64,000 bases of DNA from positions 1 to 64,000 of the forward strand of contig ADNK01002828.1 in assembly GCA_000320545.1 (NCBI GenBank), written 5' to 3'. Position 1 is the stretch's first letter. Each line of letters opens with the position of its first letter. The notes beneath the pieces were generated by a model. The model ran no database searches, was not told the origin of the DNA, and saw nothing but the letters and a program-made list of their open reading frames with translations. Origin of the DNA: Bigelowiella natans CCMP2755. Its lineage: Eukaryota > Protista > Cercozoa. Position numbers and translations under genes: made by a program. Shown piece after piece: positions 28,511 through 43,168 of this stretch.

Positions 28511-30444
28511 CTATTAATATATATCCTAAATCGTCTGCTGTGTGCTTATATTCTAGGAAAGTAAAACAATATGTACTAGTTAAATTACTACCCTGAGAAG
28601 TTCTCTATGCTCCTTGTTTCGAAAGTCATGCAAACGGACCGATGATTCCTGATAAATGAATAAATCATTAAGTAACTAGGATTTGATATATAAACTGATA
28701 TCCATATCGCTACGTATTATCATTATCATCCATTGCAGTAGCAATCATCATCATCATCATCATCATCATCTATTATTAACACATACAAAGACAGATTGGT
28801 AGGATGCAGTTTGACACATTCTCCTTCCTACTATTCTCTTTGTTGTTGTTGTTATTGTTGTTGCTGCTGCTGTTGTTGTCTTCTTCTACGACTACCTATC
28901 ACTACCTTTTGAAGCCTCAATCTCAACTCCGCTTGTTCTAGCGCCTAGATGATGAATTGTTAAATTGAGAAATGCTTGATGGATCATCCATACAACAACG
29001 ACAACAAAAACAACACGCATCATACACATATAAACCTGTCGTGTATTCTCCAATTGGTGACGATATCTGTCCCAAGATAATGTCATGTCATGTGTGATCA
29101 GAGAACCAATACAAACCAAAGTAGAAGCAGGTAAAGAAGAAGAAGATGATGATGATGCAGAAGAGAAAATGATGATGTAGAGGGGGAAGAAAATAAGAAA
29201 AGAAAAAGGAGCTCTACATGATAATGAAGATGTTTCATGTGAAATAATCTTGAATATAAAGATAACTTCTAAACCTTCCTTCCCTATCATAACATTTCTT
29301 TACATCAATTACTACTTTTGCAACTGCGATTGGACGACCCCAGCCAACTGAGTATCATCCTCACCATCATCACCACCATCATCATTTTCTTCTTTCTCTA
29401 TAGCAGAAGCAGCAGTTGAGTGGAGGTCTCCAAGGTTATGATGCTGCTGATGCTGCAATTGATCGATAGATGATTTCAAAGACTCTAGCCTACGCAGAAA
29501 CAAGAAGAGAAAGAAGAAGAAGATGATGATGAAGAAGAAGAAATAACATTACAGCACAGCTCCAAATTTTATCAGTGGATGGAGGTTGTTGAAATGTAAC
29601 AACAAAATCTGATTTAGTTGTCTTTTCTTAGTTCTACTCTCTCTTCTTGCTATCTTACAACAACATACCTATGTGCTGCCTCCATGAAACTTCCTTCTAA
29701 GGCTATTCGTTTAGCATTTAATGACTGTTTGCAAACAATCGTTTTATGATTAGAATAGAAGAGAAGACTCACCAGTAGTAAGTAAGAGAAGAAGAAGAAG
29801 AAGACCATTTATCATCATAGTGGCAGTAGTAGCAGTAATAACAAAACCTGAGCGTTCTTTTCTTCCTCTTCAATCCTAGACTCTCTTTGCAATGAGATCT
29901 TTTTGGAGTTCTCCAGCATCAACATTACCTCCTTCCTGTGTGTTTCAGCCTGCAGTATTTCGTGATGGTAGTTAGATTCTCATCATTATTTCATCATCAT
30001 CATCATCATCATCATCATCTTCATCGTAAAGTTATCAACAATACAGTACATACCTCTCGTCGTAAATCCTCTCGGACACTTTCTGCATCAGCAATCTCCA
30101 TTTTCACTTTCTCAAGGTGAGACATTCCTTGAGAAAACGTATCCTGTAGCTCTTGCAACTCCTGACGGGTGATAATGGATGATGATGGTGATGATGACGA
30201 TGATGATGATGATATCAATACTACCACCAGCTACCATTACTGCTGCGATTAGAAAGCAGAGTCGGAGGAACCACCATCCTCATCATCTTGTGAGAGTTAA
30301 ATGCATTTACCTTCTGCAGTGTATCGATATGGGAGAGACATAGCACAGTCCCCGGCACCTAGTACCAAAATGCGAAAAATAACAAACTAAGCAGGGAGAA
30401 CGACATTCTGCTGTCCTATATTCTTGTAAGTGTGTGCGTGTGTG

Positions 30445-30478
<34 letters not shown>

Positions 30479-30887
30479 GCGTAGAGTTTGAAATATATAA
30501 CAATAATGCCAAGCTGCTGCAGCGACGTATGGTATTGAGGTCTTCAACGCAACTAGTTTATAGAGTTAGATGATAACGCATATCCAACAATGTATAATAA
30601 GTACCAAGATGAGGACAAGTAGAATGATATTCTTTGGATGCATTGCTCCGGCGACTGCTCTATTGAAAAACGCTTTCTTATTCGACGATCGGGGTCCTGA
30701 GTTACCACTCTCGCTACTAGGCTCAGTACTTTGGGGAGGCCGTTCTTTACCTGTGCAACAACATAATCATTCATACATTTATATGCTGCATGACGACTAG
30801 AAAGTTGGGAGTAGTAGTGTCAGAACTATGGATCGATAAGAATTAACCTGCTCTCTCTCGCACCCCCAATTCTGTATCGCAGCGCAT
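14452..30887 (-). CDS. Class I alpha-1,2-mannosidase (GH47) with a long N-terminal extension (signal anchor, coiled coil, chromo-barrel-like domain, beta-rich domain, WSC); about 50 exons; one apparent frameshift at ~21305
   Basis: GH47 exons (14452-21370): WAWDAYKK|YAWGHDDVKPLS, TMIDSLDTL, NLFETTIRVLGGLL, STVAEVGSIQMEF, DSVYEYFLK, KMDHLVCFMPG, TGIAPE, LLRPEAVEA, MESFFLSETMKY, FNTEAH (stop 14452). Upstream exons can be chained in phase back to ATG 30887 (MRCDTELG...MHPKNIILLVLIL|VPGTVLCL). The GH47 identity is secure; the single-gene model is less so. Confidence 0.8.
22741..23700 (-). other. WSC carbohydrate-binding domain exons within the GH47 gene
   Basis: YL|GCF...MTMDYCEILCRDKG|SSLMELVYGDTCRC...|...CSKKCT|GDQDQYCGGDGGAHVF matches the WSC cysteine pattern. 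Confidence 0.85.
26775..27294 (-). other. Chromo-barrel/Tudor-knot-like domain exons within the GH47 gene
   Basis: VGDRVHCKSKTEVWRSCE|ILDIGHDWLKVHYVGFDTK|YDEVISFPSSRI resembles the VHYxG[WF]xx[KR]YDE[WV]I consensus. Confidence 0.75.
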
Positions 30888-31272
30888 AGGCGCCTTATTA
30901 GGTTCGGAGAGAGCGTGTGTCCTTGGTCCTGGCAGCCATGACCATCATCATCATCATCATCGTTGCGGAATCAACGACGACGAAGTGTCGGGAGGAGGAG
31001 ATGTGATCTCATGTTATATTTTATTTATTTATTCATTTATTTGGTCAAATAGAATGGCATTTAATGGTTGCGACAACATATACATTTATTAGATCAAATA
31101 CAATGGCGTTTTCTGATTGCGACAACAGTCTGATGGTGAATTAAAAACATTCTCTCACTCGTCATGGAAGCTGCAGCTGCTTACCCCTTCCGAGCACCCC
31201 CACCACAAACACTAAACCACCTGCCATTTCTTCGGTAGTAGATGTTTAGAGATTTTTACGAACAGCTCATTA

Positions 31273-31691
31273 ATGATCATCCCTCTCAGAAGACGGTCCC
31301 CTGCTCTAACGTTACCGGCAATAGCTGCTGCATCGCTAATCGTATTTATGACGTTCGCCACGGTTCTTGGTATGAAGTTAGTTCTCTGTTGTCAATAAAG
31401 ATTTTTGGTGACGACTGTCAATTCCATTTCATTTAAGATCATGATTTTATCCTTCGAGCTGGCGAATCGCCTGAGAATGATTTCACTCTTAGGAGGAATA
31501 AGCAGATGTGTTCCCTCTAAAAATATACTTCAAGGTTCTCTTGGTAGAGGTATGTGTCTACCAAAATTTTATAAATACGGAAGTTACATGAAAATATACT
31601 AGTAACTAGCTTGCTGCTACTACTACTTCTACTACTACTACTACCACTCCCACCAATAATACCACAACTCCTCCTACTACTTACTACTACT

Positions 31692-31726
<35 letters not shown>

Positions 31727-32460
31727 CACAACGCTAGGTGTTAGTGCTGGGCCCAGCAGAAGCAGAAACAGCCCCGCCTCTACCACAATCACCACTACCA
31801 CCAGATTTTGTTCTGGAAATTTTGGTTGGTCCTCTTTCCTACCCGTGGTTCCAAAACATGATAATGATGATGTTCCAAGACATAGAAGAAATGTTAAAGG
31901 TAGTGCAAACCATCTTCATGATGATGATGGTGATGATGATGATGATGGTAATGGTGAAATAGTAAGCACAAAAAACACACATAAACATACGTGTTGCTTG
32001 TAATGACCTAGGATTCGGAAGGCGCAAGATGTCTAAAATGCTTGACGAAATGAACTCTTTGAAGCGAGGTGAAGTGTGTTTCACCGCCACTTGGATATAA
32101 TATGATGATGATGATGATGATGATGATGAGATGATGATGAGGGGGGAGATTGATCATTGACCCAGGAACGAACGAATCAACGAATGGCGACAACTAACAC
32201 AAATTATTGCACGTACGCAATAGCCATCACCCATCGTTCTGCCATGTTATTAATTTGGCACAATTATTACAAAACTACTCTGAATATGTATTTGCTACAT
32301 TTACAGAAAAAGTGCGATCGATGGGTACTGGTCCTTCTTCCACAACAGCCTCAATACAGTGGAAAGGGTAATATCAATGCGTAAGTATGAAGCTGTTATC
32401 TATTAGTCACGATGTTTCACAAGATTGTACTAATCGAAGAAGAAGATGCAAAAGAATGTG

Positions 32461-32501
<41 letters not shown>

Positions 32502-32657
32502 ATCATCTATGTGACTGCGTGCATGTGGTGTGTGATGTTGAAGGCCGTTAAACGTGATCAAGTACCCTGACCCTCGTCTAAGAACAGAAAATGAGAAGAT
32601 CACAGAGTTTGGCAAACCTCTGCAAGAACTTGCAGATGAGATGTTTGATGTATGATC

Positions 32658-32691
<34 letters not shown>

Positions 32692-34314
32692 AATGCTATA
32701 GTCGATATTAAACTGCAATGCATGAAGGAAGACGTTTTCTCAGCAGCTTCATCAGTGTAAATGTCAATGTTGAAAGTTGTGTAGGATAGTTGTGTGGTAG
32801 TAGCAGCTCTTGCTGATGAAGGCTATCAATTGTATTAATAAATAAAATAAATGATGTTCAACAAAGGTAATGTACGATGACGATGGATGTGGATTAGCAG
32901 CCCCACAGGTAGGGTGTGTGTGTGTGTGTGCGCGCTTATGCGTTTATTTGAATAATTAGTTAATATCGTGCTACTATGATTATTGACAATATTGCAGGTT
33001 GGCATCAACTATAGACTGATGGTCTTCAATCCCCAGGTGGAGAATAGAATACAATCAGAATAATATAGAATATGCGTGATAGTAGTAGTAGTAGTAGTAG
33101 TAGTAGTAGAGTGATGATCTTGTGATGATGATGATCATCATCATCATGATCATGTTCTTATGCTTTTAGGGAGATAGGCGAAAAAAGGACACAGAAATGG
33201 TTCTTGCCAACCCGGAAATAATATCATCTGGTGGTAGTAGTAGTAGTAGTAATTGTCTAGCTGCTTTAACAAATAAACTATGATGGGGCTATATATCACG
33301 ACGACGACGACGATAGCATGATGATGATGATGATGATGACACTTATTCGAAAGTAGTAGGATATAGTAATCTTGATTATGAAACTCGTCATCACCGTTAT
33401 TGTCATTTTTTACCATCGTATCATCAACTACCACATGCTGCTAATTGTATTCTCAATTGACCTGTCTTCTGATCTAAAGGGGAGGAAAAAGATTGGTTCA
33501 GAGAAGGCTGTCTCAGCTTTCCTGGCATTAGAGGACAAGTGGAAAGGCCTACGAAAGTACGTATATTAGTACTATCAACATCATAGTCAGTGAGTGAGTG
33601 AGTGAGTTGTTTTTTGTCCTCCTCCTCCTCCTTTGTATTGTAACATCTGTGACTAGTATGTACCAATCACTCTTGCTGCTGCTGCTGGTTCTTTTTGCTG
33701 CTGGTGGTTACTACAAATGACGTAGGTATTAATCCGAGCACAAGATGTCAAAGGAGAAGATATAGAATTTGAGGTGCTGCTACTAGTAGTTGTAGTAGTA
33801 GTAGTAGTCGTAGTAGTAGTAGGTGCTCGACTTTTATAGATCGCATTCATATCTAAATTTATTAAAAAACATAGTGCAACCATCATTAACGGTGCTGCTC
33901 TGGTTCTTTTGCTGAATCGGTAACTAGTTGGAAGGCTTCACAGCTCGCGTATTTCAGCATGAATACGATCACTTATCCGGGACTTTGTTTCATGATAGGA
34001 TGCCTGATAAGGTAGTAGTAGTAGTAGTACAAGTAGGATGATAATTCCAATATTTCAATGCATGGAATGTGTACACAAATCTGATGCATGTTTTTTGCAA
34101 TGAAACCATTATAGTGTTAGACAACTGTACCCAAACTTTGAATGTAATCACCGGCGTTAATATTTGCGTATTTTGCTCTTAGGAAGTTGCTGAGATTCAT
34201 GCCAAATTAGTGACTCTCGAGGACAACTTTGTGGAAGCGAATCCAATACTCGCTGACGATATCAAACGTGTCGGGCCAAAACCTGAAACTAAGAAGGTTT
34301 TTGGTATATTCTAG
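31273..34314 (+). CDS. def: Peptide deformylase (PDF1B-like) with N-terminal signal peptide plus transit-peptide-like leader
   Basis: Spliced: IQWKGPLNVIKYPDPRLR, DGCGLAAPQVG, EGCLSFPG, ARVFQHEYDHLSG (the three PDF motifs), stop TAG 34312-34314. Leader MIIPLRRRSPALTLPAIAAASLIVFMTFATVLG followed by a Ser/Thr/Arg-rich stretch. An alternative upstream ATG lies near 31164. Confidence 0.93.
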
Positions 34315-35266
34315 AAATGTTATATCTAGACGACGGCATGCGTGCGTTGTCATATTAAATCAATATACGGAGCTATACTATCGAAAAATGTGTGTTGCTG
34401 CCGTGTGAAAACCACCAACCGACAATTTACTAGATTAAGGTAGCATACAGCAGAGAATGTGAAGTCGTCCTACCTTCATCATTGCGTTGTTATATATGAT
34501 AGTGATTGCTGCAATATCGTTGGCCAACCTCGCAACAGCAACGTTTGTACAATAGTACAGCATGCATTGCATGTCGTATGCTACGTACACATTGGAACCG
34601 TACGTTCGCATATGCTGCTGGTGCTAGCATATAAACGCGCCGCAGCTAATAGCTAGGGCGGGCGCTCACGAGCTTAGCCATTCGCGCGGTAGGTGGCATG
34701 CATAGTGCGGCTTTGTCAATTATTATAGGCGGTAGCGTAGTATAAATTAGTGTTGATAGCGTACGTAGGCAGCTACCCAACAAAGGCTGCATCAGCACCA
34801 CATGTAACAACTCCATCTTTGCATATGCTGCCGGCTTGTGTTTCTGACATATTGTATCACAGCGCAGTGTCGATCTAGCGATGGTAATTTGCTCCACATT
34901 ATTGTGAAGACTACTGCGGTTCAAGCACACCTTCATGACACTGCCATGTTGCATGCATGGTCTACACGATAATGCGTTACAATGTACTACACATGATGGA
35001 AAACCATTAATTGTGGTTCTTATTTACAATGACGATGTTCCCAAAAAAGAACTCTTTAAACCACCGCCCCATTGGCTGCTCTATCAATCAACTCTTATCA
35101 CATTGAATACTGCATTTAACGACAGAGATTCGACAACAAAAATTGGAAGCCGCGACGAAATGAAAGAGGTATTACTTAATTACTAGGTCTGATCCACATG
35201 TGTCGTTCGCTGTTCCTAGATCATAATCACAATTTCACACTACTACTACTACTACCACTACTACTA

Positions 35267-35673
35267 CTATGCTGGCTGGTGCTGTAGCTTTGTTCTACTA
35301 TTACGTTGCAAGCCAGCTTTTAATCTTTGTGCCCACAAAGGATGTGGTACATGTGCTGGATAAGATTCTTGAGAATAAGTATCATTATTCTCATGATCAT
35401 CAGTAGTAGTAGTAGTAGTAGTAGTAGTATTGTAATGTATTCTTCCTGCAGAAGGCTTGTAGTGGCATGCTTTTCCGATGACGAGGTTTCTCAGAGAAGA
35501 AGCAGAAGAAGAAGAACGACCTCCGTATGCTTCTTCTGTGTGTTAATTATTGTGATGGCCAGTACAACGATTTAATGCGTCATCATTAAACATTAATATA
35601 ATATGTATAAATAAATATATATATATATATATATATATATTTAATCAACCGGTCGCGCCGAGGTTTACTTAAA

Positions 35674-35709
<36 letters not shown>

Positions 35710-35740
35710 TAGAATGAATTTTGGCACCTGAAGACGCACG

Positions 35741-35813
<73 letters not shown>

Positions 35814-36136
35814 GGACAGATGCATGCATATATGCATTGAAAAATGATAACTAATATATTTGTGTTTCAGGGCGTTGTCTTTTCCTTCTTCGTCATCAAA
35901 AATACTGAACAATTACTACTACTATTGCTGCTGTCGCCTACCCGCAGGTTGAGGAATTTGATTCATAATTGATTTCAGGCGTTGGAGTTCTTCGTTGGAT
36001 TTTCGAGCTTTCAGTCCCGAGAGTAGTGCTGAAAGAAACAGTCAGCATCACACCATCACCATCATCATCATCATCATCATCATCACTACTACCCTTTAGT
36101 TGTGCGGTGCCGTTGCCCTGCATTAAGACGGTCTGA

Positions 36137-36181
<45 letters not shown>

Positions 36182-36758
36182 AAATATTTATATACATTGT
36201 ATCTGTGTTATCAAACCAGCATGATGACATTTCTGGTTATATTATTATGATGGATGCTGGTGACGAAGAGGCCTCATAATGGCGTTTTTCAGCACCAACA
36301 ACTAAATGGTTGACTAATTGGCTAAATACAAGTAGTAGCCTAACTACTACTACAACAACATCTACTACTGATTAATACAAACACTATTAGTATTACCTGC
36401 AAGTCTTTCCTCATTTGCTTGTTCTCCTTCCTTATCAGTAACATTTCTCTCTCAAATTCACCTATCTATAGTCAGGAAAAACACTGAGCAGTAGTATGTG
36501 CATCCTCCACCTCCTCCTCCTCGTAGTCATCATCATCATCATAATCAGCAGCAGCAGCATCGCAGGTAAGGTAAGGTAAGGTAAGGCAATCACTTAGGAG
36601 GAAAAAAACATCTCATTAGAAGAAGTACGTAGTAGCGCTTCATACTACGACAAACAAAATAAATACTAGTAGTGTAGAGTAGTAGTAGAGCAGTCATTTG
36701 TTGTCAGAAGTGGAAAGATGATGATGATGATGAAGATGATGATGATGACAACATTTCT

Positions 36759-36791
<33 letters not shown>

Positions 36792-36908
36792 GAGCAACAT
36801 GATGATTAATATAATTATTCCCAACCCACGGTCCTTTGACAACAGACAACACTTCCTCCTCCCCCTCCCTCTCCTCATAAGTATGAAATACTATCTTACA
36901 CACATAAG

Positions 36909-36939
<31 letters not shown>

Positions 36940-37270
36940 CTGTGATTTGAGCGTTCTACATGCGTTCTTGGCGTCTTTTAATTGTTCTTCCTTCCCTTGA
37001 ATTGTGCTAATAAGATAATTCTGTGGTTGGCCAACCTGTGAAAATTATAGAAATGGTGATGATGGTGATGATGATGCAAAGTTTCGGATCCAAAGCGCAT
37101 CGTATTAACCCACCACTCACTCACTCACTCACTCACTCACTCACTCACCAGATGGAGTTCCTTGCGCATATTTTGATTCTCCTCCTTTAACAACCACGTA
37201 ACACCATTGTCATCATCATCATCATCATCATCATCATTATCGATAACACACACACACACACAAGCGCGCG

Positions 37271-37353
<83 letters not shown>

Positions 37354-39224
37354 ATCTCCTGATTGATTATGCATCGATTGATGAAAGGAGTGAAGGTAAT
37401 TTTTATGGGGTACGTACGTGCGAAAGAAACTTTCGAAACCATGATGCATAAAGGCAGCAATAGTTTCCATTACGATGTTGTTGTTGTTGGATGATGGTGA
37501 TGGTGATTGTGATTATGATGCATACGATGTGTATTCGGGTAGTGATGTTGAAAGCTACAAGAGCAACTAGTATACAGATATGATTCTTATTATTAAACAC
37601 ACTCATTCATATACTACTTTATGCAACAAGAAAGACAAAGACAACGGAGGTTGGCATAATGGTGGCGGTGGTGATGATGATGATGATGATAATGATAACC
37701 TCCTTTTCCCTTATTCTTATATTCAAATTCTTGCATTCTTCTTTGAGCACATGCACCTGCATACACGTTGTGGTGGCGGTGGTGGTGAGAAGTAAGAGGA
37801 GAAGTTCTGTGACAAATCAAATAATATGTAGAGCAGCACATGCAGCAATTTCTACACATAGCCAGTACATGAGATAACAATACATAATAGTAGATAATAT
37901 TGGATAATAAATTATACATGATCACTTGACATCATAATGAGTTGACCTCCTTTTGCTTCTCCAATAGCTTCTGAGCTAGCTTTAGTGCCTAATTTGTTGT
38001 TCGTTATAATATAAGCTGATTGATCAGTAATGATCGTGATGATGATGCTCACAATTCCCAACGACGAATATATCACTTATAGCAGCAGCAGTGAGTAGGA
38101 GGCAAATGTGGAAGAGTAGAAAGTTTTTTGGTACTGTGTCAGCCGTAGTCATCATACTATCAGTAAATGATAATGATAATGGCATTAATAATAGTAATAA
38201 ATGGAGAAAAAGAAGACAGATGTTGGTATGAAATAGGTAGCCGGATAGTATCGGTACTACTACTACTACTACTACTACTACTACCACTACTTCTATTCCT
38301 CTCTTTCTCCTAGTTGTTTGTACGTAGGTAGGTAGGTAGGTAGATAGGTCGGGATATAAAAATGGTTTGGTTGGTCTTCTATATTCACTCCTTCAAAGTA
38401 GTATGTATGCATGCATATCTGTGCGTATTTATTTGTTTGTTTGTGTGTAAGTATGTGTGTGTGTGTGTGTGTGTGTGTTACCTGCTTCATTCTTCTTTGC
38501 GCAGTAGTAGGAATAGCCCCCAACGATTGAATCACCTGTTCTTCTGTTCCCGCTGTTTTTCTCTCCTCCTTCTCCTCAACTCCAGCATACATTTCTTTGT
38601 CTCTTTTTGTTTTGCTATGATAGTTCAGGCTTCTAAGTGCCGTTGCTTCTTCTCCTGCTGTCAAGATTGCAATGTCTATTTCACTCTCTAATTGTTCATA
38701 TCCCTTGATTTTATTGCCAAGCTTATCGTTCTCGGCATTCAGCATTGCCTCTCTTTTTGCAGATTCAGCTTTGAGAGTGTAGAACTCCGTCTTGAGCAAG
38801 TCGTTCTTGTTACTTTGCATTTCGCATTGCATGGATAGTTTCCGCATAGAGGCCACAGTCTCCTCGTGACTAGGTATAATACAACATCATCAACAACAAG
38901 AAAATGACATCAAGTCAAACAATGCTGTTGCAGTAAATGTTGTTGTATCATTTTTGTTGGACATCCATCGTGAGCTTTTAAGGTAGTCTCTTAGTCTCTT
39001 GATAATCACAGCAGCATGAGTAAGTATTGCTAGTAGTAATAGTAGTAGTAGTAGTGGTATTATTGCCTAATCCCGAGTCTTTCCAGCTCGAATTGTTTTA
39101 ACTTAAGCTAGATAGTGGCAGTAGTTAGAGGTGGTGGAAGTAGCAGCGGTGGGAGTAGCAGTAGTGGTAGCAGGAGGAGGAGGAAGTGTGAGAGATCTCA
39201 GTTAGTAGTGATGATGACGACGAC

Positions 39225-39260
<36 letters not shown>

Positions 39261-39455
39261 AAGTAATTAGAAGAAAGGTAAAACTTCCAGCGTTAATAAT
39301 AATTTAAAATATTAGCCTTAATCATCATCACCATTATCACTATCATCTATAGTTTAAAAAAAAAATGTTGGCATCCAAAAAGGGGAAAAGTTATATGTTT
39401 ACGTCAATACTTTCGAAAATGACTCAAAACTGTGAATGATGACTCATGATCGAGT

Positions 39456-39495
<40 letters not shown>

Positions 39496-39892
39496 ATCAT
39501 GTGCACACCCTGCACTGATAATTAATCTTCAATTAACAAATCTTACTCAAACTACTTCTAATAATAACATAGTACCGCAGCTCTAAGTTCTTGCTCTCTC
39601 TGCGCATTTTCCACAGTGAGCTTGGCATGTGTATCCCTCACTGATTGCAAGTCTTTCGACGTTGTTTCAAGTCGTGTGCGTACACGATCTAGCTCCACGG
39701 TTTGGTGGTCTCTACGAATCAAGGAAGGGAAACAAGAAAGTACCAAACAACATCATATTCGTCATTATGAGAGGAGGTAGATTCTAAGTCCATTTTAACA
39801 AGTTTGACCTTGAATCATACATGGCGGCACATATCATAGTATTTAGTTGCTGCTATCGATTTACGACGATTGCTGCTTATAGTAATGATGAC

Positions 39893-39926
<34 letters not shown>

Positions 39927-42226
39927 ATAATCAGTATCATTACTTCGAAATCATAACGGTAGTATCATTAAGTATTGAAGCCATTACTTACTATCACACC
40001 TTCTCGTTACCCCCCCTATTAACACTACTATACAGCCTAACTCATCTTTACCATCTGCCATAAATATAGAATTATTACCTTTCCTCCCTCAAATTTTTTA
40101 TTTCTCTTTCAAAAAGTTCTTTATGGCTTGTGCGCAGTTGGTGCATCTCAGCTTCTGCTTTCTCCTCTATTCGCTTCAGTTCCGTGGCCAATTTTACCTA
40201 TTATTAAACTGTTATTATACGTATGATGATATAATGATCGTCGCACTTTGGTAGCAACAATGGCAGAACTTGTATGTAGTCATGCAATTAATCTACAGTA
40301 AAGTGCAACTATGTTATTGATGAGAATCATGTCGATGAAATGGTTAATTGACCATCGCTGCGGCGATATGGTCATGATCATCATCACGATCAGCACCATC
40401 ACCATCACCATCATCATCATATGCTATCAAATTAAGGCACTGTAGAAAATATTTAAGGAATTAATGAAACGCACAATCTTTATCACTATCAGATATTCAT
40501 CAGTGCCAGCAGCAAGCCACAACAGCAATAAGTAGCTGTCTTACTGTCAAATATAGCGCTACTATTTACTCCATCCATCCACATAATTATCATTACATAC
40601 CATCTGTACATGGATTGGTGGGCAACATCGCTACTAAGGTCACTAATTACCCCATTTCATATTTATAATATGCATTCATGCTTCGCTAATAATTATTATA
40701 AATAACAATAATAATTTGGCCGCTACTGTACCTCAAATGAAGTCTTATGATCATCTCGCACTTGCGCTAGCTTTTCCATCATCTCCTCCCTCTGCTTCAT
40801 AACATCTGACACCTAGGAGAGGAAGGGAGATAGGAACGAATGAGGCAATCCAACATAATTCAACATGGTGTTAATTAGCAGCTCCACCCACTCTATCCAC
40901 CCATCAATATATTTTTTTGTTGGGCACCACCTTTTCTCGTAATCTATTTCGTTCAGAACGGAGATCTTGGATGTTGCCTCTGATGACATCGAGCTCTTTG
41001 GCTAGGTACATTTTGTCTTGTCGCAAAAGTTCAACCTGCTGCTCTAGCTCATTGGATCTATGCTTGCTCTCTGTTGCCTCCTCCTTAGATGACTTTTCGC
41101 TGACGCCAAGTATCAGATTCTCTTCCTCTAACTTCTTGCGTTTTGCCTCGAGATCATCTGCTTTCTCCCGAATCTTGTCGAAAATAGCCAACTTCCCCTT
41201 GGAGTCCGTGACAAATGCATGCATAGTTTCAAGTCGAGATTCGAGCTCCGAAATCGTCTATTGTTATTGTTGAAGTGAAAACGAGGATGATGAGGAAAAG
41301 GTACAAAACATAAGCAACTAAGATTCGGCAAGAATAATGAACATCTCGCTACCTAGAACTATGGTAGTCATCAAAAAGCAGTCACCGTTAACATGTTGAA
41401 AAACAACAGCGAAAAAACCTGTTCTGCTTGACGGCTTGCTGTTTTGGAATCCCGCTGTATTTCTGCCCTTGCACGTTGAAGAGTGTCGCACTCTCGGGCA
41501 AAGCTGTCTCTTTCAGCCTCCACTTTTGTAAGCCTCTCTCTCAAGGAGTCTGCTTCTGCCGTCAGTGTCTCGTTTGTAGAATTTAGTTTCTGTACAAGCT
41601 CGTAGACCTTACGGTAGTAGTAGTTAAGCAGCAAGTAGCAGAACAAACTTCAGATCTAGTGAGTGATGTCGAATATACAAAGGCAACACGCATGTTGTTA
41701 ATCTTCGTCACTGGCTATCAATTCTGAAAATAATTCAACCTTTACTGAGACATGCTCCCTGACAGATCTCCTCTCTTTATCGATGCCTTTAAACTTAATG
41801 TAAAGCGACTCACTCACCAATATATTATTTAGAGATTTCTTTATATGAGTTGTCGTGAGAGGATCCTTGCTTTCCATTAGCGCTTTTACTCGTACTTTGT
41901 TGACCTGAGCCTGCAATACTTCCAGCTCTTCCCTGTGAACTTTTTCCTTTTTTTCCAAACGCAAGTGCATCTCCCTTTCAAGTCTTGCTGCCGTCTCGGA
42001 GGCGATTTTGCTTAATTGAAGCTGATGTTGGGCTTTTAGTTCGGTAATTTGGCGTTGATATGCAAGGTGCGGAATTTTCTGCTCACTGCTTTGATGTGAA
42101 TCGATAGCTTGTGGAGAAAGCGATCGTAGATGAGCAACTCTTCTGCAGAATTTTTTAGAATTACTGAACACTTCTGTCGATTTCTAAACATATCTCTGTC
42201 CTCTATTTCTTTAGTCATTACCATCT

Positions 42227-42264
<38 letters not shown>

Positions 42265-42766
42265 TTCACAGTCGTTTACATATGCTGCCTTGATTAATGG
42301 CGTATCGTCTATGAAAATATAATCACAAAATTCCAAGCGATCGTCACCTTGCCCCTGCTGTTTGCTTCGAACTAGCAGCAAGTTTGCTGTCAATTTTTGA
42401 CTCCCCTGACCGATCAGTAACTTTCAGAGCCAGATCTGTTTTCAATTTTCCATTGTGTCCGTCAATTAGAACTTCGGTCAGTCTCTCTGCGATGTCCTCT
42501 GCGTCCCCGCTGGTGTCGGAGAGAGTGACAGCAAGGGCTTCTTCAAGACCAATGGAGGTGGAGTTTCCGTCAGAAGCTGAGTCCAGATCCAGTCCTTCAT
42601 CCGTACTTTTACTTGAGTCAAGCAAGTCAGCTTCGGAGGTGATGGAAGAGAGATTGAGTCGATCAGCAAGGTCAATCAGATAGCGGCTATCTGTCGACAT
42701 ATTTGCAGGGGGGAGGGCGGGAGGTGGTTTGCTTTTTAAAGTGCAACGGTCAGTTTTAAATGGCAT
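35267..42766 (-). CDS. PIBF1: PIBF1/CEP90-like centriolar coiled-coil protein
   Basis: Recognisable segments: VSESLYIKFK...SVREHVSVK|VYELV, LLRQDKMYLAKEL, YEQLESEIDIAIL, IPTTAQRRMKQ|ALKLAQKLLEKQ, QPQNYLISTI. Terminal exon (...HPLWAQRLK..., stop 35267) and start are tentative. Confidence 0.85.
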
Positions 42767-43168
42767 CCATTTCTATTCTGCGACATGAACTGTCGTAAAA
42801 ATTAAGCCAAAAAAGATGAGTACGAACCTCCCTCACCAAATCCTGACGATGTCGCTGTCAAAATCAGAGTGTCACTGGGTGCTACTTTGGACGACCCGAT
42901 CGTAGACCATCGTGTCGACATTGCCTTCAGAAGGTTCATTGTTGGAGTGCATGCATTGCGTCGCCGCCACATTGAAGCTAGTTGCATTGCTTCACAAATG
43001 CTGGATCGCCAATTCACAAATCCTGCTGGTTTCACCAGTTAGCCCTCATTGAAGTCAGTTCGAGGCACTGCGTTTCGCACATTGCGGGTGTCTTGTCACG
43101 TTTTGAAAACGTGGGAAATCATCACGTTTGTCTTTGTTTGTCTCGCATTGCCCATCTAGCCGTTGGTG

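Noticed and set aside
30940-31012. In-frame TGA read-through or alternative genetic code upstream of the GH47 gene
   Set aside because: A standard start at 30887 in another frame links properly to the signal-anchor exon, and TAA, TAG and TGA all serve as stops in genes of this window.
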